A stretch of 64,000 bases of DNA from Camelus dromedarius (lineage: Eukaryota). Location of the stretch: NCBI RefSeq assembly GCF_036321535.1, contig NC_087437.1, positions 14,758,001 through 14,822,000 on the forward strand, written 5' to 3'. Both the position numbers and the translations under genes were made by a program. Position 1 is the stretch's first letter. Each line of letters starts with the position of its first letter. The notes beneath the pieces were generated by a model that was given only the letters and a program-made list of their open reading frames with translations, was not told the DNA's origin and searched no databases. Positions 23,001 through 35,921 of this stretch are shown here, piece after piece.

Positions 23001-25785
23001 CTAAAAATACACAGTCCCTCTAAGTAAAACAAACCACTCTTATTTTTTAGCAACAGCTTATAATCTAGAAGTATTTTAGATTTGTGATTATTCATTTCTT
23101 TGCTTCTGAGGGCGAAAAAGGGATAAACACGAGACAATAAAAGAATTTTACCTGGGACTCAGCATTCCATCAGAACAAATTGGAGTTTTTCTTCAAATTT
23201 TCTTTGCAGATTAGGAAAACATTGTTTTTATTTCTTTTTTTTTTTTTTAGAACATTTGAAGACTGTAACAGCATGAAGAAATTTATAACAATGATTCATA
23301 ATCCCTTCTTAGGGGTAATCAGTAGTAAAATTTTTTGGTTTTCAGTTGTTTATTGCAAACTGATAGCTCTGGAGTTTAAACATATTAACCATCTCAGAAA
23401 GTGCCATGAAGGCACTTAATCTTCGTGGGGACCTTTCCTGGCATGTGTTGGGTTGCTGGGTCGTTGCTAACTACATAGGCAGTGAGGTAACACCAGTGCC
23501 TTTACTCATGAACCAAGCCAATTACATTATCGCGCTGATTACATCTGTGTAGCTTTAGAAGTGGGCAACGTCAAAAATTCTTTTTGGATAATTCCCACAT
23601 TTGGATACCACTTTTAGACCCCTAGATAAATTATGACAGACCCTTACCATTCTACTTAAAAGCTTTAGAAAACAGAGTCATACAGCTTGGTGTACATTTT
23701 AAAAGAACATGGTTTCATGTCAGTTTTTTCTAAATAAAACTTTTTTTTTTTTCCTGTTACAGAGGTGGTACCTGTGCTGCTTGTGTGAAAACTCAGATAT
23801 TAAAAAGGCATGTAATAGCGAACGCTTACAGCGCTTACTGTGTGCCAGGCACTGATCTCAGCACTTTGTAGCCATTAACTCAGACTTCATAACGGGGCTG
23901 TAATCCCCATCTCACATACAGGAGACAGAGGCCTACAGAAATCGGGGTGCCAGACTCTAACCCCCGGCTAGTAAATGGCAGAGCGGGTGTCCTGAACCAG
24001 GCAGTCTGGCTTTAGAATCTGCTCATAACTGCTTCCTGCATGATGAAGAGAGTCATGCCTTCTAGCACCCACTTATTTTAACATTTTAAAAAATCATTCT
24101 GGATGTCTTCCTAGTTATATTAGGTGCATAAATTTTGTTTCAGTACACTGTTGGTTTATATGACGAGAAGTTTTACTTCCATGTTAGTATAGGCCCGTCA
24201 TTTTAAACAGCTGTAGTCTTAAGTAAAATCTTACTATAAATGCAGATTGAAGATAAGTTCATTCCCCTCTGCCCTTCTTGTTGCCGCCATAGGCTTCTAA
24301 ATTCTGGGCCCACCTCTGGTGGTTGGGCAGTGTATGATGCTACCATTATCTAAGTGTCTTTAAAGGAGACCATTTGCTATTCAAGAAATTTGTCTTATAC
24401 CCAGAATTTGTCTTGTTTTAAAATAAATGACAGAAAAGCACCCTTAGATGTCATTTTGCAGAAGCCAAGAGAGGCCTTGATGTTGCCGAGGTCACAGTCA
24501 GGGCGGGAGTCACATGTACATTGTCATTGCCGTGATCATGGATCAGATATCAAAAGGAGAAGACTTCTGAGAGTGGAAGGCGGGGGACAGAGCTTTAGGC
24601 AACAGCATGTTTTTGTTTTTTTAGTAGAGAAAAGGGTAGTGAGAATGGTGAAGGCGGTTGATAAGCTGAAGACCTAGGAAACACCACCGCTGTCTCGGAA
24701 ACTAGTCCAGGGAAAAGGTTGGTGGTCTGTGCCAGATGCGTCATCTGCAAGGGGAAAGAGTTGCAAAAAAGGAAGTTTGATCTGGCACTTAACTCTGTGC
24801 TGTCAAGCCGGCAGTATGTGCTCGATAATTTAGAACATTCAAGTTACGTAAAACAGTAATAAGTAATCCAGCACAAGGAGAAATAACCAGATACTTTTGG
24901 AGAGATTACAGACTTCTGACTCAAGTCAATTTAAGAATAAAGAAATAAATTGGCATTAAATAGAACAGTGCAGGCAGTTTTAGAGTGGTGTATTGCCACT
25001 GAGGAAATATTTTGCATTTCTAATGACTAGTAAGACAAAGACTGAATTTTTGTAATCTCTTCTTTAAATGGGTGACACATCTCTGATGTTAGAGACTAGC
25101 TCTGTGTATTCCCTGTGTCTAAACAGTGGAGACTAATAAAATCCAAGTGCTGACGTAAATACTCAACACTGAATTGTTTTCCTCTGTTAGAATGGGAATT
25201 AATCTTGAGAGTATTTTGTAACATGTAGTAAAGAGATTAGCAAATGAAATTATATAATTTTTAAAAACCATTCATTTGATCACTAAAAATATGCTTACCA
25301 TAAATGCCTGTTTGTACAGTTTGATCCTAGAAAAATCTGTTTTCTAAAAATTGTACTTTTAATCCTTCAAGTTGCCCGTTTCTCGATATTTCATGTTAAA
25401 TTGACCTCTCTCCCCTCCCTCAGTAGGGGCTGCTATAAATAATCATGCATATTGTTATAAGCCTGGCATGTCAGTATGTTAAATATTTCTAGATGTTCTT
25501 GAGTGTATGAAGTTTGCAAAAAGGGAAATGGAGACTATTAGACCAAGTAATTTCCTGAACCTTTTTTCAGCAACCAGTCCCACATGCAGTTAAGTTGAAG
25601 TCCCAGTGCATAAAATAAATTCCCTCTTTTTCTCTCTTTTTTTTTTTTAAACGAGTGAGGCATTTGGACTTAAAGGGGTACCTCCTCCCGGGTCATACAG
25701 ATAGGCATTGATAGAACTAAGGATTTGGACTGGCAATTTTCCTGGTGTTTCTGCAATTGAATTCATTTGTTTGCTTTTCCAATAG

Positions 25786-25931
25786 TGAAAAGGAAGAAGA
25801 TGAAAATGACAAAAGAGAAGATCCAGGTGATAACTGGGAAGAAGGTGGAGGCGGAGGCGGCGGTGTAGAAAAATCTTCAGGCCCCTGGAACAAAACCGCT
25901 GCGGTACCAGCACCTCCTGCTCCAGTAGTTG
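25786..25931 (+). CDS. CDV3: CDV3 coding exon 3 (SEKEEDENDKREDPGDNWEEGGGGGGGVEKSSGPWNK...PVV)
   Basis: Acceptor ttttccaatag|, donor G|gtaatg. 146 nt. Phases agree with exons 2 and 4. Confidence 0.96.
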
Positions 25932-27247
25932 GTAATGTGAATACTTGATTTTCATAAAGATGTCTGTTTCTATATAATTTTACATACAATCAGCTTTCAA
26001 CCAAATGCATGCTTGCCCTGGGTGAGTGAGGTTTCCATTCCTGGGGGAGAGATTTGTAAGACTTTCACATCCTAAATAAAGGAATTGGAAGTTAAGATAC
26101 ACACTTTTCTGTAGGCTGCTTAAATCTGTATGTAAACTAACTTGCCAAATTTACAGTGTTTAAGCATTTTTTTAAATTTTGGACAGCTGACTAAGGAATA
26201 CTGGGTCCCTGTGTTTCACCTGTGTTAGTCTTTTTTCCCTCCTATTCCCCGTTTTACTCTGTCTTGGAGCATGAATTCTCAGAATAGTGGATTTCATCAC
26301 TCCCAGGGGCTGAAAAGTGGTTCTTGGGGGTGAGGGGAAGTGTGGGTGGGTAAAGAAATCTTAGACGTTACAAAGGTTTGTGGTGCATCAGAGGGCCTGA
26401 GTGTGTAAACATATGTGCAGTGTATCTGGTATAAACATGCCTTGGTGCGGCAGGTGGGGCAGTGCTCTTGAGGAAAAAGATCTAAAAAGTCTCCTTAGGC
26501 AATAATGAGAAAAATTTGAGAAATATTGCTGTAATGCATACCCATTATTTTGTGTAGAATAATGAATAGCAAATCACCCCAAATATTACTGTCAGAGACC
26601 GCAGATTACTACTATACATCAATTTTAGGGAGGAGTAAATATTAAATTTTTCATTTTTCTTTGTAGCCGCATTACATTTCAGCTAATAAATGACATAGCT
26701 GTTCATTTGCAGTGAAGCTTTTGATTAGTGGAAAACATTTATACATATAAAACACTGAACCCATATTGAGGATGCGGGGGGATGATTTACAGGAAGAAGC
26801 TGGGAGGCTCTGTCCCCAAAATGTTGGCTGAGGTACAAGACTTTGGGCTGTTCAGCTGTGTTTTTCCCTTTTTTTAACCAGAAAATGAAAGAGGAAGGAC
26901 CTCACAGCTCACTGCTGTAGAAGTGGTGCTATTGTGAAAGGCAGGCCCCGAAGAGGCCTGTCTCCCAGGACCAGCAGATTTCTTTCCCACTTCCAATAAG
27001 TTGACTTAACATAACTCATTTTACGTGGATAATTAAAATTGTACATGGAGGAGAAATTAGAAGACTACCCTCGAAAAACAGGCTTTCACTTTGACATTTC
27101 CTCAGATGACTTTCCTTCTGTTGTTCAGAGACCCTAATGCCAGTGTTGGTTTTTTCCATAATTGTTAGATGGTCAGGAGTTCAGGAGTAGCTTATTAAAA
27201 TGCCAAGCACTTGAATCATTTCTCTATAAACTATTATAAATTGTTAG

Positions 27248-27407
27248 TTACAGAAACCCCAGAACCGACAATGACTAGTGGCGTGTATAGGCCCCCAGGG
27301 GCCAGGTTGACCACAACAAGGAAAACACCACAAGGACCACCAGAAATCTACAGCGACACACAGTTCCCGTCCCTGCAGTCCACTGCCAAGCATGTAGAGA
27401 GCCGGAA
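27248..27407 (+). CDS. CDV3: CDV3 coding exon 4 (VTETPEPTMTSGVYRPPGARLTTTRKTPQGPPEIYSDTQFPSLQSTAKHVESRK)
   Basis: Acceptor ttgttag|, donor AA|gtaagt. 160 nt. Contains the conserved YRPPGAR and PEIYSDTQFPSL motifs. Confidence 0.96.
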
Positions 27408-27835
27408 GTAAGTACTCTGAGTGTTGTGTTTGTTTTGGAGCCCTGTTCCTTTTACCAGGGAGTGGGGTGTCAGGGATCTGAAAACCCCCCTGTGGGGGGC
27501 TACAGTAAAGCCCAGGCTGCAGCTGAGAGGCAGCTGAGGATTAGCGTGGGACTTCTGCGCAGGACTGGGGGGAAGTGGGTGAGGGCCCTGGAGGGGGCAA
27601 GGAGAAAGAGCATCAAAGACTTCACCTGCAGAAGTTTCTCGTGTCCCTGGTGTATGGTCTCTAGCTGTGACAAGTCTCCTCTAGTTAGAATTCTTCATAT
27701 TGAGTGTATTATTGCTGCTTCTGTGTTCATTATAACTAGAAAATTCAGAGCAGTATTACTGCATTCCCAATTAATGTGAGTAGATGAAAGATGTTGGCAT
27801 TTATAAATCTAATATTAAAAATAATCTTATTTCAG

Positions 27836-27851
27836 CAGGTACTTAAAATGA
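27836..27851 (+). CDS. CDV3: CDV3 alternative terminal coding segment (short isoform ending NRYLK* or KYLK*)
   Basis: Tandem acceptor tttcag|cag|GTACTTAAAATGA. Joined to the terminal AA of exon 4 it gives AAC AGG TAC TTA AAA TGA or AAG TAC TTA AAA TGA. Agrees with my recollection of short mammalian CDV3 isoforms ending YLK. Confidence 0.8.
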
Positions 27852-28595
27852 ATGCTACCCGGAGTTAAATGACCACATTTGGCACATCCACATCTTATTT
27901 AGGGACATGCATTTTTTTAAAAAGTAAATAAAATGGGAAGAAGTGTAAATGACATCAGATGGAAATACTGCTTTTTGGGTGGCTTTTAAATTAAATTCCC
28001 AGCCTTTTTGCCTCTTTGAGAGCACAGCTGGCCTGGATTTAAACCTCCACTTTGTCTTGCTCCTCTGCCCTGCAAAATAAGGGGCAGTGATTTCACCACA
28101 CTCATCTCTGTCTGATCCACTTGTATGAAGTAGAAGTGAGGAGAGGTCACTGAATAAGGAGTAAAACTTTACTTGAATGAGAAACTTGTTGGCCTTATTT
28201 ACGCATAAAGAGAGATAGATGTATTGTCTATTATTTTCTAAGAGTAAAAGTGAGTCTTAGAAGGAACCACCGTGTCATTAGACAGCTTTTTAACTTTCCA
28301 GTTGTCTTAAAGTTGGTCCCAAAATAGGTGTTCAGTTAATAGTATCGAGCAGATTTGCTGCCACAGGAAAATAGGACCATAGCGCTTCAGTACAGTATTC
28401 TCTATTTTTTGTTCAATTGAAGCCTTAAACTGATTTTGATAAGGATTTTATACACCAGTTTTCCCCTCCTGTCCCTTCGTCAAGATTTTTCCAAGGGGTG
28501 GCTTTTTTTTTTTTTTTTTTAAATTCAAGGAAGGATATTTTCAAAACAACCCAGTGAAAAAGAAACATTTACTGATTACATTTCTTTTCCCTTAG

Positions 28596-28746
28596 GGATA
28601 AAGAAATGGAGAAGAGCTTTGAAGTAGTAAGACACAAAACTAGAGGTAGGGATGAGGTTTCAAAAAACCAGGCCCTTAAACTGCAGCTAGACAACCAGTA
28701 CGCTGTGCTTGAGAATCAGAAATGCAGCCACACACAGTACAATTAA
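28596..28746 (+). CDS. CDV3: CDV3 coding exon 5 (DKEMEKSFEVVRHKTRGRDEVSKNQALKLQLDNQYAVLENQKCSHTQYN*)
   Basis: Acceptor tttcttttcccttag|, TAA at 28744-28746. The five exons sum to 795 nt = 264 aa + stop. Confidence 0.96.
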
Positions 28747-29549
28747 GGAATGGTCTTTGCTAACCCTTCTAAGGTAACTAGACCACAGCTAACCACCACG
28801 GACAGCCACCCATCGTCTGATCTCTGCTGGACCTACGACCGATACAGACCACTCAGTACACGTGACCGGCCCTGTTGCACTTGGAAGTTTAAAGTGTCAT
28901 AACTGTTCTTTGTGTGTATTGGATTTAGGGGGATTTTCGTTGTTACATAAATGCGTGAACTAGATTCAGCAGTGTTCTTTCATAATTACTCTGCAAGTAC
29001 AAAAAAAATCAAAAACTGCAGCCAGTGGTCATTTCAAAATCTTTTTATGTTCAGATACTGAGCCTTCGTAAGGGTTGACTACCTCAGATTTGCTGCACTC
29101 ATTGTGGACTTCATGTGGATCACAACTTCTGGATAAGGTTACAGCTATTAAGTGTCGATGTGAAACTTGAAACCAGCTCTCCTGGATTCCTATCAGAAAT
29201 CCTGCAGAAAGTCAGCCATCTGGGTTCTGATCTGCTGTAAAAGATGAAGATTTTAAGTGACCTTAATTAACCTGTCCTGTGCCCCATCCATAAGGAATAC
29301 TCTGTAGTGGGCTGTGGCTATATTAGAAATCCTGGAACATGCCGCTCTCAAAAGAACTGATGTGTTCAGATTATCTGCGTAGGGCTGTCATTTATAATTT
29401 AAACTTTGAGTTGTATTCTGAGGTTACCACAGATTAGATTCAACCAGACGCCGGTCTACCCAAGGTGGGTATAGGGGTGGGGGGAATAATCTTGTTTCTT
29501 TTAGTAATTTTTTATTTTGGTAGTGCTTTTTCTGTGTTCTATATTAAGG

Positions 29550-29583
<34 letters not shown>

Positions 29584-31010
29584 TTGACTTGGAATAATTT
29601 CTTTGACAGCGCATATTGCTTGGTTAAGTAACCTGAAATACGCATTAGAGTTGTGAAATGTCTCGTGAATTTGCCAGTCTCTGGGGTGGAACCAAACAGC
29701 CTCTGGTGTAAAGGGCAGTGGGTGCAGGAGGCGCTACTTCAGGTGCTGCTAAAGCCTCCTCTAACCAGGTCTGAACTGTGTGGTAAGCTGCAGGTTACTG
29801 AACTAAATTGTGTAGTAAAGAGTGGTTTCTGCTTAGGCCCAGGGATCCACTGCCCTGTCCTTACAAATTCAAAGCAACGTGAGCAGAACCTCAACCCCAA
29901 ACCCACTTAAGTTTCATGGATCTTGCAGGATCTTTGGCAAGAATTCCAGATGTATTTGTGCCCCAGTGTTAAGGTATTGGATAGTCTGTAGATGCAGTGA
30001 TTGTCCCAGCGTAGCTTTTTGTTACCAGCCTTCCAGTGTGTCTTTAATGTTGTTCACTTGGAGAGTCAGGGGCAGAAGACAGGTGATGTAGCACTTCTGT
30101 TTTTAATAATTACAGCTTAAACTATCCAGTAATTTTTAGTCCTGAAAAGGGGCGTCAGGAAGCTACCCAGGATTACTGAGAAGTCTCTCCATCTGATGAG
30201 ACAGTCTGGTAATTTTCCTAGTTTTGTATCTTTGGTTCAATAGAAATTTTTCAAAGTGGCATGTGACCACTTGATGGAGAGTCTGGGTTTCTCTATAATA
30301 AATCCTTTTGCCAAATGTGGGAGTTGCAGACTTGCTACTGGCAAGAGTGAAGCAGATGGGTGAGTAAAACTAGCCTGATGGGGGAGCATTTTCCTCTAGG
30401 AGTTCAGTCTTGATAGAAGTGTCAGTGCGCACTCCTAGGAGGGTGACAGTGCCACCTGACAGGGCCTGCCAGCCATATCTAGGCAATAATATTGGCATTA
30501 TTTGAGGTGGCAGGCAGGATGCCTACCTTCTGGTGGGTTTGGGTGAGTGGCTGAGCCAGCCAGAGAGGTTGGATGACTGAGAAACAAGGGATTCTTGGTT
30601 AAACTGAAGACTTCATTTGAGAACCAAAAATCTGAAGTAATCTCTTGGACTTTGAGCCACGTATTTCCCCTAAAGAGTAATGTGGTTTTTTCCAGCAAAA
30701 TTTTGTTGAGGGTTATGTTATTAAGAAATGAACTGAGATTAATATGTGGAAATGTTATTTAATGGCATACTGGCCCTAAAAATCTGAAGACCTGCAGGAG
30801 ATTTAAAAATCCCAACCCTTGTTATAACTTTTTTTTTTAAAGATTTTGAAATTACCAAAATGCACATGAATCAAGTTTTAATATACTATATGATGGGTGG
30901 GTGTGGCTGTCCATTGTACCATTTCTTTCTTTGAATTCTCAGGCATGGTTTGGCAGTGCAAGAACTCTGTAACATTAACAAATTCAATAAAGTAAATATA
31001 TGGACTTTGG
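28747..31010 (+). other. CDV3: CDV3 3' UTR (~2.25 kb)
   Basis: Repeat-free sequence after the stop codon, with a T30 run at 29551-29580, ending shortly after AATAAA. The end position is inferred. Confidence 0.7.
30986..30991 (+). terminator. CDV3: Probable CDV3 poly(A) signal AATAAA
   Basis: AATAAA with an upstream TGTA motif and a downstream GT/T-rich element (tctggtggtttttt). Repeats resume at ~31420. Confidence 0.75.
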
Positions 31011-31423
31011 AGTCTGGTGGTTTTTACTCTTAATTGGTAACTTATCCTGGCGAATTGATGTCCTGCCTCCTTGGCTGTAAGAGGATGATAATATTCTCAT
31101 CCCAGGAGTGAACTTTCCTTGTGAGAAATGTTTGCAGAGAACTCTTAATGTTAAAAAACCGGACCTGGAATGAAAGTGGCTGTGAAGCTGTGATGACTCT
31201 TCTTTTCCAAAGATAAACATTGAATGTACTCTTGTCTTCATTACTGTATTAAATTTTGTTATCTTAAGCCATGGCAGGGCAATCTACAATCTCTACCGTG
31301 TAATTTAAGATTTGAGGCCTTGTGCTCTGAGAAGCTTATAAACTTCTCAAATGAGAGCTATTTTAAACTTCAGTATTTAGTCTGGATTATAGTTACTAAA
31401 TTTCTGAACTAGACAAAGTAAAG

Positions 31424-31545
31424 TCCCCCCCCCCAAGGGTAATTAGGTTTACTTATTTTATTTTTAGAGGCGGTACTGGGGACTGAACCCAGGACCTTGT
31501 GCATGCTAAGCGTGCACTCTTACCACTTGAGCTATACCCTGTCCT
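31424..31545 (-). mobile_element. Vic-1-like SINE
   Basis: Same head and tail motifs as the other copies. Confidence 0.85.
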
Positions 31546-31679
31546 CTCAACGTTGTATTTGATTGAAGTTAAATTTTTTTTGAAATTATCAGAAGTCAGA
31601 TATAAGTGTTTTTTAACTGAACTATTCATTTTGGAATGTAAGTATACATGTGTGTAAATATTTTTCATGCCCATGACTC

Positions 31680-34620
31680 ATTTATTTTGTAACTGGAAAT
31701 GCTTGTTAATTTCCCTCACCTATTTCACTCAGCCCCACTCCCCCACCTCTGGCAGCCACATGTTTGTTTGAATCTGTGACTGTTACTTTGTGGTAGTATT
31801 CTGTTGTACATGTGTAATGCATTCTCTTCATCTGTTGATGGACGTGTAAGTTGTGTCCCTGTCTTGGCTATTGTAAATAATGCCACAGTGAACACAGGGA
31901 TGCATGTACTTTTCAAATTAATGATTTTGTTTTCCTTGGATAAATACCAGGAGTGGAATTGCTGGATTGTATGATAGTAGTACTTTTAATTTTTTTGAGG
32001 AACCTCCATACTGTTTTCCATAATGGCTGCAATAATTTACATTCTTATCAGCAGTGCATGGGGACTCCCTTTTCTCCACATCCCTGACAATACTTGTTAC
32101 TTGTCTTTTTTGATGATAGCCATTCTCAGATGTGAGGGGATATTGTGGTTTAGGTTTGTATCTCTCTGATGATGAGTGATGTTGAACATCCTTTCATGTG
32201 GGAAATCCTTTCATCTTTGGGAAAATGTCTTTTTGAGTCCTCTGTCCATTTTTTTAATCAGGTTGTTTTGTTTTTCTCTGAGGAATTGTATGAGTTCTTC
32301 GTATATTTTGTTGAATGTTAACCACTTATCAGATTTATTTTCTGAAAATACCTTCTCCCATTCTGTTGGTGGCCTTTTCATTGTGTTGGGTAGTTTCCTT
32401 CACTGTGCAGAAGCTTTTTAGGTCAATGTAGTCCCATTTGTTTATTTTTGCTTTTGCTTCCCTTGCCTAAGGAGACATCAAATATATATATATACATTCA
32501 TTCCTAAGAGCAGAGGTAAAGAGCCACTGCCTATGTTTTTTCTTCTAGAAGTTCTATGGTTTCAGGCCTTGTATTTAAGTCTAATCCATTTTGAGTTTGT
32601 TTTTTTTATATGGTGTGAAAAGTAATCGATTTGATTCCTTTGCATGTAGCTGCCCAGTTTCCCACATCATTTATTAAAGAGGCTGTCTTTTTTCCTTCAC
32701 ATATCCTTTGTCATAGATTAATTGACAGGATAAGTGTGGGTTTGTTTCTGGGCTCTCTAGTCTGTTCCATTAATCTGTGTGTCTGTTTTTGAGCCAGTCC
32801 CATACTGTTTTGATGACTCTACCTTGATAGTGTACTTTGAAATCAGGGAGCATGTTACCTCCAGGTTTGTTCTTTCTCAAGATTTGTTTTGGCTATTTGG
32901 GATCATTTGTTTCCATACGAATTTTAGAATTATTTGTTCCAGTTCTGTAAAAAAATATTGGTAATTTTTGTTAGGGATTGCACTGACTCTGTAGATTGCC
33001 TTGAGGAGTATGTTCGTTTTAACAAGTTTCTTCAATCCACGAGCATGTATCTTTCAATCTGTTGGTGTCATCAGTTTCTTCATCCCTGTTGTTTGGCTTT
33101 GTGAGTGCATGTCTTTCGCCTCCTTAGACTTATTCCTAGGTATTTTATTCTTTTTGGTGCAACTGTAGATGGGATTTCTCTTTCTGATAGTTGTTAGTGT
33201 AGAGAAATGCAATAGATTTCTGTATATTAATTAATTTTGTATCTTGAAACTTTGCTGAATTGACTGATGAGTTCTAACACTTCTCTGGTGGCATCTTTAG
33301 GGTTTTCTTTATATGATATGTCATCTGCAGACAGTGACAGCATTACTTCATCCTTTGAAAATTGGATTCCCAGAGGTCTCTTAAATTGTCTTCTTTTTTT
33401 TTGTTGTTGTTCAGCTTGGGTGATTTCCACTACTCTGACTTCAAGTTTGCTGATCAGTTCCTCTGTTTCATCTAATCTGTCGATTCCTTCTAGTGTATTT
33501 TTTTCCCCACGTATTACTGAGTCTTCTTTATATTTTCTAACTCTGTGTTAAACTTCTCACTGTGTTCTGAATTCATGGAGCATTTTTATGATAACTGCCC
33601 TGAACTCTTTACTAGGTAGATTGTTTTTCCACTTCATTTAGCTCTTCTGGGTTTTTATCTTGTTCCTTCATTTGAAATACATTCCTCTATTTCCTCATTT
33701 TTCCTAATTTGCTGTTTTTATTTCTGTGTATTAAGTAGGTCAGTAATGTTCCCTGATCTCGGAGGAGTAGCCTTATGTAGGAGATGTCCTATGCGTCCCA
33801 GCAGCACACTCCCCTCTGGTCACCAGATCTGTATGCTCTTGGGGTGCCCGCTATGTGAACTTCTGGGCCCTGCTGTGGTGGCGGGGCAGACTACTGTGGG
33901 CACCCTGGTAGGCATGACTGGCCCCTGGCCTGGTTGGTTACCAGGTCCTGCCTAGTGCAGAGGCCACCAGCCACTGGTAGGGCTGGTTCATGGGCAGCTG
34001 GCTTTGGAGGCCTGGGGAGGCTTCCAGGGCTGATGCCAGCTTGCTGATGAGTGAGCCAAGTCTTGGGATGGTTGCTTGTGGGTCCAGGTGTCCCAGAGCT
34101 GGTGTTAGCCTGCTGGTGGATAGGGCCAGGGCCCAGAGCTAGTGCTGGCACACTGGTGGGTGGGCCAGGGCTCAGGCTGCTGGCCCGAGGGGCCCAAGGT
34201 GTGTCAGAGCTGTTGCCCACCCACTGGTGGGCGAGGCTGGGTCAAGGGCTACAGCTGGCCCACTAGTGGGCAGAGCTGGGTCCCATGGTCTCTGGCTATG
34301 GGGTACCAGGGTTCTGGAGTGGGTATCAGCCCACTGGAGGGGGGGCCCAGTTCCTGGGTTCTCTGGTGTGTGTGGGGCCAGCTCCCCGGGCACTGGAGCC
34401 CTCAGGGACCTATGGCTATTTCCAGCCTGCTGGTGATTAAAGCTGTGTCCCCATGCAGCTAGGGGCTTGGCTTGCGGGGCCCCAGGACTGGTGCCAACAG
34501 GCTGGTGGGTGTAGTTAGGTTCCCATACTAATAAGCTAGAGGGAGGATTCCAAAATGGCGCTTGCCAGGACCAGTAACCTTGCGGTAGAAATGAGCACCC
34601 GAAGGGACTGCCACCAGCCA
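31680..34620 (-). mobile_element. Degenerate L1 (3' UTR + ORF2 C-terminal half joined to ORF1 N-terminus + 5' UTR)
   Basis: Minus-strand translations give ORF2-like pieces ([39 protein letters not shown]) and ORF1-like [10 protein letters not shown]-rich 5' UTR at ~33750-34620. Confidence 0.85.
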
Positions 34621-34764
34621 CTAATGTTAACAATTTATTATTTGGTCATTCTTCATACTTGACTGAGATTTTTCTCAACCGCCCTGTTTAATAGAACACG
34701 CTCAAAAACTCACTTCCTATCACTTTCCTCCTTTAAGTTCCTCCATAGTTTTTTTTTACCAACT

Positions 34765-35830
34765 TTTTTTTTCTGAGATAAAAGTCACCCTTTTAAAGTG
34801 TACCACGAAAATATATATTTTGAAAGTTACACAACTATCACTACTTTTAATTCTGGGATGTTGTCCTCATCCTGCATAGAAATCCCATATCCATGAGGAG
34901 TCCTTTCCCACTTCCCTTCAAATCCCCAGCCCTAGGCAACAGCTATTCTTTTTCTCTGTAGATTTCTCTATTCTGGACATTTTATATTAACAGGGCTATA
35001 GAACATGGGGTCTTTTTTTGACTGGCGTCCATTCATCAGTTGATGAACATCTGGATCATTTCTACTTTGTCCTTGTTATGAATAATGCTGCTATGAAGTT
35101 TGATGTACAAGTTTTTGTATCAACATGTTTTTCAATTCTCTTGGGTATGTATCTAGGAATGAAATTGCTGGGTCATAGGGTAACTTTCTGAGTAACTGCC
35201 AGACCCCTTTCCAAAATGGCTGTGCAATGTCTGAGGGTTTTGATTTCTCCATATTTCCATAATTACTTGTTACCTGACCTTTTTAATTCTAGTCATCCCA
35301 GTTGGCATGAAGTGGTATCTCATGGTTTTGAGTTGCATTTCTGTAATGATCAGTGATGTTGAACATCTGTTCATGTGCTTATTGGCTATTTGTATGTCTT
35401 TGGAAAAACTCATCTATTCAAATCCTTTGCTAATTTTTTAACTGAATCTTTTATCTTTTTATTATTGAGTCACTAGAGTTCTTTATATATTCTAGGTACT
35501 AGTCCCTCATCAGATACGTAATTTGCAAATGTTTTCTCCCATCTCCACTTTCTTAATAGTATCTTTTGAAGCACAAAAGTTTTTAATTTTGATGAGGGCA
35601 AATTTATCCTTTTTTCAGTTGCCTGAGCTTTGGGTGTATCTAAGACATCATTACCTAACCAAGGTCACAAAGATTTATGCTTGTTCTAGGGGTTTTGTAG
35701 TTTAACTCTTTCACTGAGATCTTTGATCCATTTTGAGTTAGATTTTGAATATGGTATGAGGTAGTCTGACTTCATTCTATTACACACGGATATCCATTTG
35801 TCCAGCATCATTTTTCGAAAAGATTTCTCC
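34765..35830 (-). mobile_element. Old L1 3' fragment
   Basis: L1 motifs 'aattgctgggtcata', 'gtggtatctcatggtttt', 'tttgcaaatgttttctccc'. Confidence 0.8.
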
Positions 35831-35921
35831 ATCATCAAGACTCCTCCATTTTGCACACTAAATATCTTATTTCTCTCCCTCTCCTAGAATGTGAAATTTG
35901 TTTGATTAGAAACATTGTAAG

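Noticed and set aside
23740..23765. Strong acceptor-like T-run + ACAG in CDV3 intron 2
   Set aside because: It looks like the reverse-complemented tail of an ancient L1 remnant, and no convincing donor or CDV3-like coding sequence follows.
33746..34633. Several 70-150 aa Pro/Gly-rich ORFs
   Set aside because: They fall in the GC-rich L1 5' UTR and have no recognisable domain.
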